DNA of 63,239 bases, filler included, from Octopus bimaculoides (lineage: Eukaryota): NCBI RefSeq assembly GCF_001194135.2. It is 7 parts of 6 records of this genome, joined end to end, with 100 filler letters (N's around TTAATTAATTAA, not from the genome) between each part and the next. Parts side by side here need not be neighbours in the genome. Positions count along the whole stretch, not along the records: positions 41,430 to 54,156 come from NC_069002.1; positions 54,257 to 57,631 come from NC_068982.1; positions 57,732 to 59,438 come from NC_068986.1; positions 59,539 to 63,239 come from NC_068992.1; 3 more parts are not named here. One strand, written 5' to 3'. Shown piece by piece: positions 49,366 to 61,141 of this stretch (its first letter is position 1; every line of letters starts with the position of its first letter). The notes under the pieces were generated by a model, which was given only the letters and a program-made list of their open reading frames with translations, was not told where the DNA came from and searched no databases. Both the position numbers and the translations under genes were made by a program.

Positions 49366-49615
49366 TAACTGGTACTTATTTCATCGACCTCGAGAGGATG
49401 AAAGGCAAAGACGACCTCAACGGAATTTGAACTCAAAACGAACAGACGGACGAAATGCCGCTAAGTATTTTGCCCAACGTGCTAACAGTTCAAGCAGCTC
49501 GCCGCCTTAATAATGATAATAATGGTTTTAAATTTTGCCACAAGGGCAGCCATTTTGTGGGAGGAGATAAGTCGATTACATCGACTCCCAGTGTTTCACT
49601 GGTACTTAATTTATC
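49366..49615 (-). mobile_element. SINE family B copy plus a second tail fragment
   Basis: GGTACTTATTTCATCGACCTCGAGAGGATGAAAGGC...GCAGCTCGCCGCC; second GTCGATTACATCGAC block. Confidence 0.85.
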
Positions 49616-50543
49616 ATACATACATACATACATACATACATACATACAAACATACATACATACATAGACACATGTATATCATCTATGTACAGTTGGATGT
49701 ACGACAGCTACTGGTGTGTTTAGAGCTCCACGTAGATTGCTATCGTTCAATCTACTTTCAATAAAGTGATGTCTTGCTCAGCAGTATGACTAGTTATGAA
49801 TTACAGAGCAAATTTTGGAGAAATTAAGATAAACACAAGTTTATATTTATTTATTTATGTGTTTCAGCCAAGTGGCTGCGGTTTCCCTATTATGGTTACT
49901 TGGAACCGTGCATTAATTCATCCAAGTGCATTTGGATGCTTAACCAGAATGGATCATCAGAGAACACTTTATTGCATAATTTACCGAGAACCGCTTGTTT
50001 GTAAATTGATTTGGAATCGATTGAAACCAGTTTGTAATGATTTTTTGCACATAAGACATTAACTCGAATAGTGATTTGTCTAAATTTATGACTCCAACAA
50101 ACCGGAAATCAAAACCTAAAGCTTCCTCATCAAATTTGACAAAGAATAAACTGGCCAGTTTCTAATTTCATTCTTCAATTCAAGCAACAGCATTTCTTTT
50201 TTATATCACTTGCTTCTTCTCATTTAATCTTTAGGTTGCTTTCACCTTCCACTGAAATTAATACAAATCTTGTCTTATTCTCTCGGATAGGAGAAATCGA
50301 TACAAATAACTTATTTCATTGGTAAAGCTCCGCAGTTTTAGAAGGGAGAAGTGTGAGCTGCAGTAGATTTAATTACTATTGGATAATACAGTTCTAGGAG
50401 TCGGGGTGGGGTTGTAAAGTCTTTGATTATTGGTCTTCTCTATCAAGATCAATCAGAGGGGTTGTTTGGGGTTACACAACAACAATATGAAGTCCATTAT
50501 ATATTCTTTATTGGTTTTATTTTTCATCGTTATATCCTTGATT

Positions 50544-50709
50544 CAGGGCCGTCTTAGCATTATATTTCTCCGGGAAAATCAGTGCATTGGGCCCTATAAA
50601 ATTAATTAATTGACAGCAAATCATGGCATACATAAATCAGAACTGGGTCCGTAGACCCGTGTGGTCCCTGGGCAACTTCTCAATGTGCCTTTGTCTTCGG
50701 GCGGCACTG
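50544..50709. mobile_element. Short hAT MITE with 8-bp TSD
   Basis: TIRs CAGGGCCGTC / GGGCGGCACTG; TSD CCTTGATT / CCTTGATA (7 of 8 match). Confidence 0.8.
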
Positions 50710-50958
50710 CCTTGATACCATCAGCTTCAAAGACTTCCATACCTGTAAGCCATGCTGAGCTTCGGGTGTGAACATTTTCAAAAAAACATCGAAGGACTTG
50801 TCCGGAAATAGCTGAGATTTTTTAAATAATGTTGTATAGAGGGTGACAGCTGAGGATCACCTGAATCTTAGCAAGTCTATTTTTCTGTGTTTTTAACTTT
50901 CAATTTCTACTGGGGCGAGTTTTGCATCTCAAATTGTAAAGCAGCAAACAACAGACCG

Positions 50959-51035
<77 letters not shown>

Positions 51036-51037
51036 TA

Positions 51038-52330
51038 TTGCTTCAATGTGCTTGACTGGAATACCAGTGAAATAGTCAAAATTGATAGAAAAATCCGCAA
51101 GCTACTGACTTGTAATAAGATGCACCATCCAAAGGCAGATGTGGATCGTCTTTACCTTCCCAGAGCTCAGGGAGGTCGAGGCTTGATCCAGATTGAACTT
51201 ATGTACAAAACAACCACAATCGAACTGGCCAAATACCTTGAAACAACTAACGATTGGATGTTGAAACTTGTTGAAAAACATGAAAGATCGAAAAAACTTC
51301 ACTCTATTCTGAAAGAGAGCAAAAAATTCGCTACCGAACTCTTAGATACCCACCAGCTTGATCAGGTTGAAGGAAATGCGCCAACTGCTGCTGCAAAGAA
51401 AATAAAATTAATTGCAAAGACAAAAGCACATGAAAAATTAGCTAGCAGNNNNNNNNNNNNNNNNNNNNNNNNNNNNNNNNNNNNNNNNNNNNNNNNNNNN
51501 NNNNNNNNNNNNNNNNNNNNNNNNNNNNNNNNNNNNNNNNNNNNNNNNNNNNNNNNNNNNNNNNNNNNNNNNNNNNNNNNNNNNNNNNNNNNNNNNNNNN
51601 NNNNNNNNNNNNNNNNNNNNNNNNNNNNNNNNNNNNNNNNNNNNNNNNNNNNNNNNNNNNNNNNNNNNNNNNNNNNNNNNNNNNNNNNNNNNNNNNNNNN
51701 NNNNNNNNNNNNNNNNNNNNNNNNNNNNNNNNNNNNNNNNNNNNNNNNNNNNNNNNNNNNNNNNNNNNNNNNNNNNNNNNNNNNNNNNNNNNNNNNNNNN
51801 NNNNNNNNNNNNNNNNNNNNNNNNNNNNNNNNNNNNNNNNNNNNNNNNNNNNNNNNNNNNNNNNNNNNNNNNNNNNNNNNNNNNNNNNNNNNNNNNNNNN
51901 NNNNNNNNNNNNNNNNNNNNNNNNNNNNNNNNNNNNNNNNNNNNNNNNNNNNNNNNNNNNNNNNNNNNNNNNNNNNNNNNNNNNNNNNNNNNNNNNNNNN
52001 NNNNNNNNNNNNNNNNNNNNNNNNNNNNNNNNNNNNNNNNNNNNNNNNNNNNNNNNNNNNNNNNNNNNNNNNNNNNNNNNNNNNNNNNNNNNNNNNNNNN
52101 NNNNNNNNNNNNNNNNNNNNNNNNNNNNNNNNNNNNNNNNNNNNNNNNNNNNNNNNNNNNNNNNNNNNNNNNNNNNNNNNNNNNNNNNNNNNNNNNNNNN
52201 NNNNNNNNNNNNNCTGTGAATTTGCGTGTGTAAACTGGGAATGCATACAACGAGTTTCTCTGCCCTAAGTGTACGGAAAACACTCGGCGAGAAATGGAAG
52301 AAAATTTGAAGAAAGAAGAAAAATAACAAC
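51038..52330 (+). mobile_element. 5'-truncated Dong/R4-clade element embedded in (AAT)n, middle in a gap
   Basis: Intact frame LDWNTSEIVKIDRKIRKLLT.NKMHHPKADVDRLYLPRAQGGRGL...; putative 3' UTR after the gap ends in (AAT)n; (AAT)n on both sides. Confidence 0.88.
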
Positions 52331-52405
<75 letters not shown>

Positions 52406-52423
52406 GACTCTGCCGTCGAAGTC

Positions 52424-52466
<43 letters not shown>

Positions 52467-52559
52467 GCATGAGTGTTCAGCTGTTTGCCGAACGACCAGC
52501 ACAAATGATTTGTTTATAGTGTCACCCATTATCTTACTCTCTCCATCAAATCGACGTTG

Positions 52560-52735
52560 TCTGAACAGGTGCAAAGTTTACCACACGTCAGGTGTCAAAG
52601 TGATCGCAGAGCAACGTGAGATGAAGTGTTTTGCTCAAGAACACACTACGTATCATCCAATCTATGAATTGAAACCACGATCTCGCGATCGTGAGTGCCA
52701 CATTTTACTAACTACTAGGCCATGTGAATGTAAAA
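52560..52735 (-). mobile_element. SINE family D-like, degenerate
   Basis: GAGCAACGTGAGATGAAGTGTTTTGCTCAAGAACAC...CGATCGTGAG...ACTAGGCCATGTG. Confidence 0.65.
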
Positions 52736-53764
52736 TGCGTGGTGAAAGAGAAAAAAACAGTTACATTTGTAGTTTCTGAATGTAAAGATACTTGTTCAGG
52801 TTTATAAGAACTGAAAGCGTAACTAAGTTACTAAAAGTATACAAAATTTAGACATGAACACAGAAAAATGGTTTGGTCGTAAAACAACAAGTTGTTGAAA
52901 ATAACTGTTTAAAGGTATTATGGGATATGAATAGTTAAACGTCCAGATATTGTTGTACTCAATAAATAAGAAAGAGTGTGTTGTTTAATTGATGTTACTT
53001 GCCCCGTTTGATACAAGCGGGGAAGACAATGGACGTGAAATAATAGAAAAAAAATATACCGAGATTTAAAACAAGAACTTTAAAAGAATCTGGAATTGCC
53101 GTAAAGTTGTTATTCCAATTGTTAAAAGGGACCTTAGGAATAGTTAGAAGTACCGATGGTTGGTTGAAGATGTTGGATAACGAGAGAGAAATTCCTGATA
53201 CTACAGAAAGTCTGTTTACATGGCACAGTAAGGATTATAAGAAAGGTGGTGTAGTTTGGTATCTAACGATGCAATACCAACAGAACAAGAAATCCTGGGG
53301 GAACAAAATGAATGAATGAATGATGATGATGATGTGGAGGAGGAGGAGGAGGAGGAGGAGGAGGAGGGGAGGAGGATGGTGATGATGGTGATGATGAACC
53401 TCATCATCACATTTAATACTAGAGAAAGTAATCCAGTTACATAAACGATCAAATGTTGAGTCCTCTTCATGACGTTGGCGAAGTCAGAAGATCAGCAGCA
53501 AAGAAGAAATTCGTGATTTCAAGAGACACTCATTTAATATCACGAAAAAAAAATTGATGTCAATGGGGGAAAAATGATTTTAAAAATACGCTAAAAAAAA
53601 CCCCATTAATAAATGAATTCCTATTTATTCATTTATGTATTTGCCATCATTTCGAGTGATTTTGAGGAGGAAGTATTTGCTGCAAACGTGATATATTTTG
53701 TTGAAGATGAGTGGAACAGATAAAACAAGATACGCAAATAGAGCTATGCTACTACTACTACTGT

Positions 53765-53821
<57 letters not shown>

Positions 53822-54110
53822 GACTACTACTACTACTGATGATGATGATGATGATGATAGTGAGAAGAGCAACAACAACAAGAACACCAATAATAAATGA
53901 GTTTGTTTTTTTTCTATTATGAAGCTATTAATTGTTATTCTTGTTCAAGTTGTAATTGCCATGGAGTGGCGCCGCTCACCATCAATTCCTGCTGTTCCGC
54001 TTGATGGTGAACGACGTAATTAATGAGAGATTCTAGATCCATATACATACATATGTATGTGTGTGTGTGTATATATGTATATGTATATATGTATATACGT
54101 ATGTACATGC

Positions 54111-54156
<46 letters not shown>

Positions 54157-54256
54157 NNNNNNNNNNNNNNNNNNNNNNNNNNNNNNNNNNNNNNNNNNNN
54201 TTAATTAATTAANNNNNNNNNNNNNNNNNNNNNNNNNNNNNNNNNNNNNNNNNNNN
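54157..54256. other. Artificial scaffold-join spacer 4
   Basis: N44-TTAATTAATTAA-N44. Confidence 0.95.
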
Positions 54257-54257
54257 C

Positions 54258-54690
54258 TTCACCATTCAAACTGACACAAAGATAGATGCAAATAGGCCAG
54301 ACATCATACTGAAAGACTTCAGACAAAAATCATGCCTCCTCATTGATATGACTGTCCCAATCGATATAAACGTATCTGTCAAGACCTACCAAAAACTGAG
54401 CAAATATAAAGATCTTGAAATAGAAATGAGCAAAATGTGGAATCTGAAGACGAAAACAATACCTATTGACATAGGTGCCCTGGGAATGACAGCGAAAAGG
54501 GCTGATTACTACCTAGCTCAGATACCAGGAAACCCCAAAATGGCTGAAGTTCAAAAGATAGTGCTCATGGGAACTGCCCATATCCTACGTAAAATACTGT
54601 CTATGTGATCTCAAATTTTAAACATTCTCTAGAACAACACTGCACAAATTCAAATATATGGTACAAATGCAAAACAAAAGTCAGACATAA

Positions 54691-54720
<30 letters not shown>
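54258..54720 (+). mobile_element. 3' end of a Dong/R4-clade element: restriction-like endonuclease domain, stop at 54608, UTR, (AAT)n tail
   Basis: Open frame FTIQTDTKIDANRPDIILKD...CLLIDMTVP...KLSKYKDLEIE...IGALG...ILRKILSM* (PD..D RLE motif). Confidence 0.92.
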
Positions 54721-54725
<5 letters not shown>

Positions 54726-54946
54726 TACGATGACTTGCCTGTCTTTGTCGAGTTTAAAATGAAAAATGATACATAGACATTAAAAATTATAGAAATTCAA
54801 ATTCAGAAGTTTGGACGAGGAAATCCTGCTTTCCCACTTTGACGGAATGACATCATTAGCCTTCAATTTTCAATTTTACATCTGGCAAAATGAAAAAGAA
54901 AGAAAAAAAAGGAAGAAAAAACAAAAAAGGAAAAGAAGAAGAATAT

Positions 54947-56200
54947 TTAATCAAACACTTTCGTGTAAATATGATGAAATTCCCCTGTCATTTTGTTCAT
55001 TCCTTCAGAGCGTGATGTTAATAAATCACAAACATATTTCTCCTCATGCATTTTGAGGATTGAAAGTGTAGTAGATTCAGAATGTTTTCTGAGAATGTAC
55101 ACTTTCAAATCTTTTTCAAAATTACAGCCGATTGATGTAAAATATTCGGTAAGTTCTGTCGAACTACTGCTATTGTACCTGACGTCATACCTGTGCCCAC
55201 TACATCTTTTGTTTAATTGTTCTGTAGTACAACCAACATAAATCAAGTTGTGTTTGGTGCATTCTGCTGCATACACCAAATGGGAATCTCTGCACGTCCC
55301 ACCGTCGAATAAATCATAACGTTTCTGCTATTATTCCTGATGGAATTTACTTGACTCATGTTGTTGCACAATGAACAAGGCTTATCTCTCTTGTTGTTTT
55401 TCAAGGTACATAGCGCAGAAACTCCAATGTTAGTTTTCTTGGAGACGGAAATAGAGGTTAATAGGTTAATTTTTATTCAGTCTAAAGGCTACAATAGGCG
55501 GCTGAGGGAATATTTGTTTAAAACGAGGATATTTTTCCGCAACATGCTGGTAACATTCATGTAGCACTTTTGAAATGACAGCGAAATTTCGGTGCCACTT
55601 AACTAATAAAGGAATTCTATCACATATTTTACTTTGCTAAAAGTATGCTGCGTGAAAGTTTGACTTTCCTTGCTAATATTAGGTATATCATTTGCAATTT
55701 CCTTTAATCGTGATTCACTATTAGTGCGTTTGACATAATGGTGCAGAAATGCATTTGCATATTTCCAGTAATCCCCTATATCAGAATAAATACGTTTATT
55801 CTCAAAATTAGGATTTCTGATTTGACCGAATTACATGATTCGTATAATCAGAGCGGCAGTGGAAGTAAATGTTGGATGACGTGGGCTTACAAAATAACTC
55901 TGTCGCTATTCTGCCCCCAGAAAACTTGTTGACTTTTGTGCCCAAAAATTCAACGCCAGGTTTTGAAAAACTAGACGTAAATTTTATGTTGGCCTTAAAG
56001 CCATAGTTTTTAGCATAACAGTCACAGAAGTGCAAGATGAGCATGTAGGGGTATGAATGATTTTAGTAACTGTGTCTCGAATTTCGTCATGAAGACATTA
56101 GCGAAATTAAGTGCCATGGGGGTACTCATGGCGCAACTCCTCGTCTAAGGGTAAAATTGTTGTCCAAACTTCATTGTGTTACTTTGTAACACAAACCTCA
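54947..56200 (-). mobile_element. Penelope-like element (probably Neptune clade): RT remnant, Zn-finger-like linker, GIY-YIG endonuclease
   Basis: AMSTPMALNFANVFM, EFLGTKV...TELFCKPT...YFHCRS, RIPLL...FPQPPIVAFR, CSLC...GGTC...VYAAECTKHNLIYVGCT.EQLNKRCSGH. Confidence 0.9.
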
Positions 56201-56214
56201 ATAGCCTATATGGC

Positions 56215-56331
56215 CTTAATTTATTGACTCCGGAAGGATAAAAAGCAAAGTCGATCTCGGCGGAATTTGGACAGACGAAATGTCGCTAAGCATTTTGCTC
56301 GGCGTGCTAACGATTCTGCCAGCTCACCGCC
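56215..56331 (-). mobile_element. SINE family B (internally deleted), abutting the 5' end of the Penelope remnant
   Basis: GCAAAGTCGATCTCGGCGGAATTTG...GATTCTGCCAGCTCACCGCC. Confidence 0.85.
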
Positions 56332-56481
56332 TTACTACTACTACTACTACTACTACTACTTTAGCATTGACTTCCCATTGAATCCTTTGTGGCTTTAATA
56401 CCGAGGATTGAAGCCATACCAACAAAGTAAATGAATTTAATAGTGTTGTATAAGAAATGACATCTCAGTTTTAATAATTCA

Positions 56482-56546
<65 letters not shown>

Positions 56547-56939
56547 TCACACATAGATAAATTGAATTTCAACAAGAGCTGAAGTTCGGTAAGCAGTTAA
56601 TCTACAGTCTCTATTATAACTATTGATAATTGTCGTTGCATTCGTACAGCTTCCGGATTTAGTTGGGATTATCACTGTATTAATATATAACCTGCTGTAA
56701 TTATATAGACAGGAAAAATGAAATATAAACCCAATACAATATATCAACATAGCTACACACGCACACATGCACACACACATACGCACGCATGCACACACAC
56801 AAACACGCACGTACACACACACGCAGAAACACTCATACACGCACACACACAAACACACTCATACACACACAAACACACACATGAACACGAACGCGCACAT
56901 ATTATACTCTGTATACATATATATATATATATATATATA

Positions 56940-57302
56940 CTCTTTTACTCTTTTACTTGTTTCAGTCATTTGACTGCGGCCATGCTGGAGCACCGCCTTT
57001 AGTATAGCAAATCGACCCAAGGACTTATTCTTTGTAAGCCTAGTACTTATTCTATCGGTGTCTTTAGCCGAACCGCTAAGTTACGGGGACGTAAACACAC
57101 CAGCATCGGTTGTCAAGCGATGTTGGGGGGACACAGACACAAACATATACGCACACATACATATATATATATACATATATACGACGAGCTTCTTTCAGTT
57201 TCCGTCTACCAAATCCACTCACAAGGCTTTGGTCGGCCCGAGGCTATAGTAGAAAACACTTGCCCAAGGTGCCACGCAGTGGGAATGAACCCGGAACCAT
57301 GT
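56940..57302 (-). mobile_element. SINE family A, young near-complete copy
   Basis: CTCTTTTACTCTTTTACTTGTTTCAGTCATTTGACTGCGGCCATGCTGGAGCACCGCC...CTTGCCCAAGGTGCCACGCAGTGGG. Confidence 0.92.
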
Positions 57303-57631
57303 ACTGGCAAAGATGTTTGCAGGCGGCGAACATAAAAAAAAACCCCATCTTACCTGTAGGAAGAATATTAAATAAATGTACAACTCAGATCTGGATAATC
57401 TAGGATCTAGATTTCGAACTTTCCAAATTACGTTTGCTAACGTAAACTTAGTTCTCTTTGGCTACATTCACCTATGCAAAATTTTGGATGTTACTACATC
57501 AGTGCCAGTATACTCGTCTGAACTCCTGGCCGTTAACAGACCGAGAACAGTGAAAGTGTTTTCAAAGAAAAAATTATTAAATAGTGCAATACAGTAGTAT
57601 TGCTTCTCAGTAAAACAAAGCCTTATATATA

Positions 57632-57731
57632 NNNNNNNNNNNNNNNNNNNNNNNNNNNNNNNNNNNNNNNNNNNNTTAATTAATTAANNNNNNNNNNNNN
57701 NNNNNNNNNNNNNNNNNNNNNNNNNNNNNNN
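57632..57731. other. Artificial scaffold-join spacer 5
   Basis: N44-TTAATTAATTAA-N44. Confidence 0.95.
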
Positions 57732-58092
57732 TGGGAATTTTCTGTATTATTTCGTATTTTTTGTAAATACCCCAAACGTTTTGCGATGTTTTTTTTCATC
57801 GTTGTCCCCACTTTTGTTTTTTTTCTGTTTTGTTTTCGCCCCCCTCGAAAAGAAAAAACTCTACATTTGTATTTTGTCCCCTCTGTATTGAGCCCTGTGT
57901 GGCTAATAAAGAAACCTATCTATCTATCTATCTATCTGTCCCTCTCACACACACATATACACACAAACAAACTAACAAACATTTACATTTGTACATACAT
58001 ATGTATATATGTATACATTTGTATATACATGTGTGCGTGTGCCCATATACACGTATATTTATCCGTGCACAAACATATAAATAATACATGCA

Positions 58093-58123
<31 letters not shown>

Positions 58124-58527
58124 CATACATACATACATGTACTGTTCCACATTCTCATTTAAATATGTCTGAGAATTTAAAGGAAAGTAAGCTATATCTC
58201 CAGTAGAAATATATATATGTGTGTATGTATGTATATATGTATGTATGTATGTACTAAAATGATAGTTGTTAGAAGAGTAGTCGCAGTAAGGCACACACAC
58301 ATACACATTCTCATACACGTATGCGTATATATGTATTTATATGAAGAAGTATATATATATATATCTTTGAGGTCGATTTCTTCGACTAAAACCTTTAAAC
58401 TTATACGACCTTCCAACTCAATAAACGATTCACACATACTCAAACGCTGATTTCCAACCTATCAAGTGTTAATATTATTCCTCATACGCGTGCTGATATT
58501 TGAAATCAAGATCATTTCTCAGACTAA

Positions 58528-58715
58528 AACGGTGAGTAGCATGCCGGACGTAATGCTTAGCGGTATTCCGTCTGGTTTTACGTTCTGAGTTCAAATAACA
58601 TCGAAGTCGGATTTGTCTTCCGTCCTTTCGGAATCGATAAAATAACTACCACTTGAGCACTGGGATCGATGTGACCTTACCTGAAACTGCTGGACTTCTG
58701 CCAAACATCAAAACA
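58528..58715 (+). mobile_element. SINE family B, diverged
   Basis: AATGCTTAGCGGTATTCCGTC...GAGTTCAAAT...CGTCCTTTCGGAATCGATAAAATAA. Confidence 0.8.
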
Positions 58716-58809
58716 AATATTATTTCTCAGACTTAGGGACAGAACTTCTCTAGTGCAACATGAATTACATCGACACCTAACACAAAACTAATGAAATTAA
58801 TTTGACAGA

Positions 58810-58912
58810 AATCTCTATTTCGCTCTCTCTCACTCTTTCTTTATTCCTTTTTTCTTTCTCTCTCTTTCTTTCTTTCTCTCTATCTCTCTATCTCTCTCTC
58901 TATCTCTCTCAC

Positions 58913-59001
<89 letters not shown>

Positions 59002-59012
59002 ATCTCTCTTTC
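58810..59012. repeat. (CT)n polypyrimidine tract
   Basis: Directly visible. Confidence 0.95.
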
Positions 59013-59381
59013 TTCATAAATAGTAGATAACACGAAATATGAACCATCACAGTAGACAACATAAATATATCTCCGAAGATAGATAATATGAATTGCGCCG
59101 CGTTTGCTGAATTCAGAGAAAACAACAACAAAAAAAAACATAGCATCAAAGTAGAATTGTGTAAAGCCATATTCTAAGTTATCTTTGATGTCATATTGAA
59201 AAAAAAAATGAGTGTTGACTGTATTTCTTCGGCTCAGGTTATCCCGTTACTTTACTGAATTTCGTTTTTTTCTCAGTTTTTTCTCAGTTCTGCAGTAACT
59301 TTGTGTATCACTATTTTTAAAACTGAAGCATCTCTCTCTTTTTCTCTCTGCCCCTCTGTGTTTCTTTCTCTCTCTCTCTCT

Positions 59382-59438
<57 letters not shown>

Positions 59439-59538
59439 NNNNNNNNNNNNNNNNNNNNNNNNNNNNNNNNNNNNNNNNNNNNTTAATTAATTAANNNNNN
59501 NNNNNNNNNNNNNNNNNNNNNNNNNNNNNNNNNNNNNN
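59439..59538. other. Artificial scaffold-join spacer 6
   Basis: N44-TTAATTAATTAA-N44. Confidence 0.95.
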
Positions 59539-59539
59539 C

Positions 59540-60463
59540 GACAGCTGATGACCTTGGTGAGAGAGACAAAAACCTGGCAAACCTTATATCTTCTTTTCCA
59601 GTGAAATTCTTCACTGATATTGAAAAGGTGAAAACAAGCAATGTTAATTCTCGCCAACCACAGCTATTTTTAGCCCCTTTTCGGTCAGCGAAAGTTCGAA
59701 AACGGCAGGATAGGAGTGTACCGACCGACCCATCTTGGCAGGGGGTAGGGTAGCACAATGAGGTATGGTATTTGGGATGAATAGGAGAACAAGAATTGGC
59801 GGANNNNNNNNNNGGAGTGTACCGACCGACCCATCTTGGCAGGGGGTAGGGTAGCACAATGAGGTATGGTATTTGGGATGAATAGGAGAACAAGAATTGG
59901 CGGAAAAAGCAGTTAGCAGAGAATTTTGGCCAGTGGAGTTCTGGTAGCCAGCGGAGCAGTCGAGCGGTAGCAGCTAGCCGAGGCAGTTGGGTTGTAGCAG
60001 TCGTCCGAAGCGGTTGAGGGACAGCAGTTTGCCCGTGGAGGTGAAGCAGTTGTACAGAGATGTAGAGAGAAGAATTATAAGTCTTACGGATAAAGCTATG
60101 GTCAGCAGAAATGTATAGAGAGGGACAGAGAGAGACGGAATTGTAGTGGCAGACTGCCCTGGTCAGTGGAAGTAGCAGACCTGAAGGAAACGAACTTCGT
60201 TGTTGGTAAATGCTTTTATATTATTTTAGAGAAAAAGAACTCTGAGTTGTTAACTGTGTTGTTAAATGCTTCTAAAAGAAAGGAAAAGAAAAGAAATATA
60301 AAAGAAAGAAGCAGAAGGACTTTGTTGTCAAATGAAACTTGAGACACGAACTTTGCGATGTAAAAATGATTGAAAAGCTTATAATTGTTTGGAAACTTTG
60401 TCAACGTTATTGAATTGTTATGCCATGTATTGGAATTGTTATTATGTAATGCTCTATTCTAAT
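59540..60463 (+). mobile_element. Possible 3' end of an LTR retrotransposon (ORF tail, polypurine tract, LTR-like segment)
   Basis: About 70 open codons from the contig start to TAG at ~59752, PPT-like AGGGGGTAGGG, then a purine-rich LTR-like stretch; no diagnostic protein motif. Confidence 0.3.
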
Positions 60464-60814
60464 GNNNNNNNNNNNNNNNNNNNNNNNNNNNNNNNNNNNN
60501 NNNNNNNNNNNNNNNNNNNNNNNNNNNNNNNNNNNNNNNNNNNNNNNNNNNNNNNNNNNNNNNNNNNNNNNNNNNNNNNNNNNNNNNNNNNNNNNNNNNN
60601 NNNNNNNNNNNNNNNNNNNNNNNNNNNNNNNNNNNNNNNNNNNNNNNNNNNNNNNNNNNNNNNNNNNNNNNNNNNNNNNNNNNNNNNNNNNNNNNNNNNN
60701 NNNNNNNNNNNNNNNNNNNNNNNNNNNNNNNNNNNNNNNNNNNNNNNNNNNNNNNNNNNNNNNTATATATATATATGTATGTATGTATGTATATACATAC
60801 ATACATACATGCAT

Positions 60815-60851
<37 letters not shown>

Positions 60852-60904
60852 CATACACATATAAATATATTTATACATGTGTGTGTACATACATATATAT
60901 ATAT

Positions 60905-61077
60905 AAGGAGAATTCACAAAAAAGCAAAAGACGAAGACAGGCGGTGTAGAAAACAAACAGATGTATTAGAATAACGCTCGGGAAGTGAAAATGTCTTCAA
61001 TGTTTCGAGCCTACATTTTCCACAAAAAGGAACACACAGAGAAACAAGGAGAGAAAAAAAAAGAGAACGTGTAGTGG

Positions 61078-61080
<3 letters not shown>
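60905..61080 (-). mobile_element. Dispersed repeat resembling a Penelope-type terminal repeat with a decayed minimal hammerhead
   Basis: Minus strand TTGTGGA-A-AAT-GTAG-GCTC-GAAAC-ATT; second partial copy at 11401-11484. Confidence 0.45.

Positions 61081-61141
<61 letters not shown>

Noticed and set aside
51038-54720. A single Dong element spanning 51038-54720
   Set aside because: The first copy already ends in its own UTR and (AAT)n at ~52330, and an artificial spacer separates the two pieces.
57472-57525. Minus-strand 54-nt exon SSDEYTGTDVVTSKILHR
   Set aside because: The acceptor and donor (GTGAAT) are both mediocre and there is no homology support.
59713-59903. 91-bp tandem duplication
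   Set aside because: Identical copies on either side of a 10-N gap are the signature of an unmerged contig overlap. The same applies to 61130-61202.
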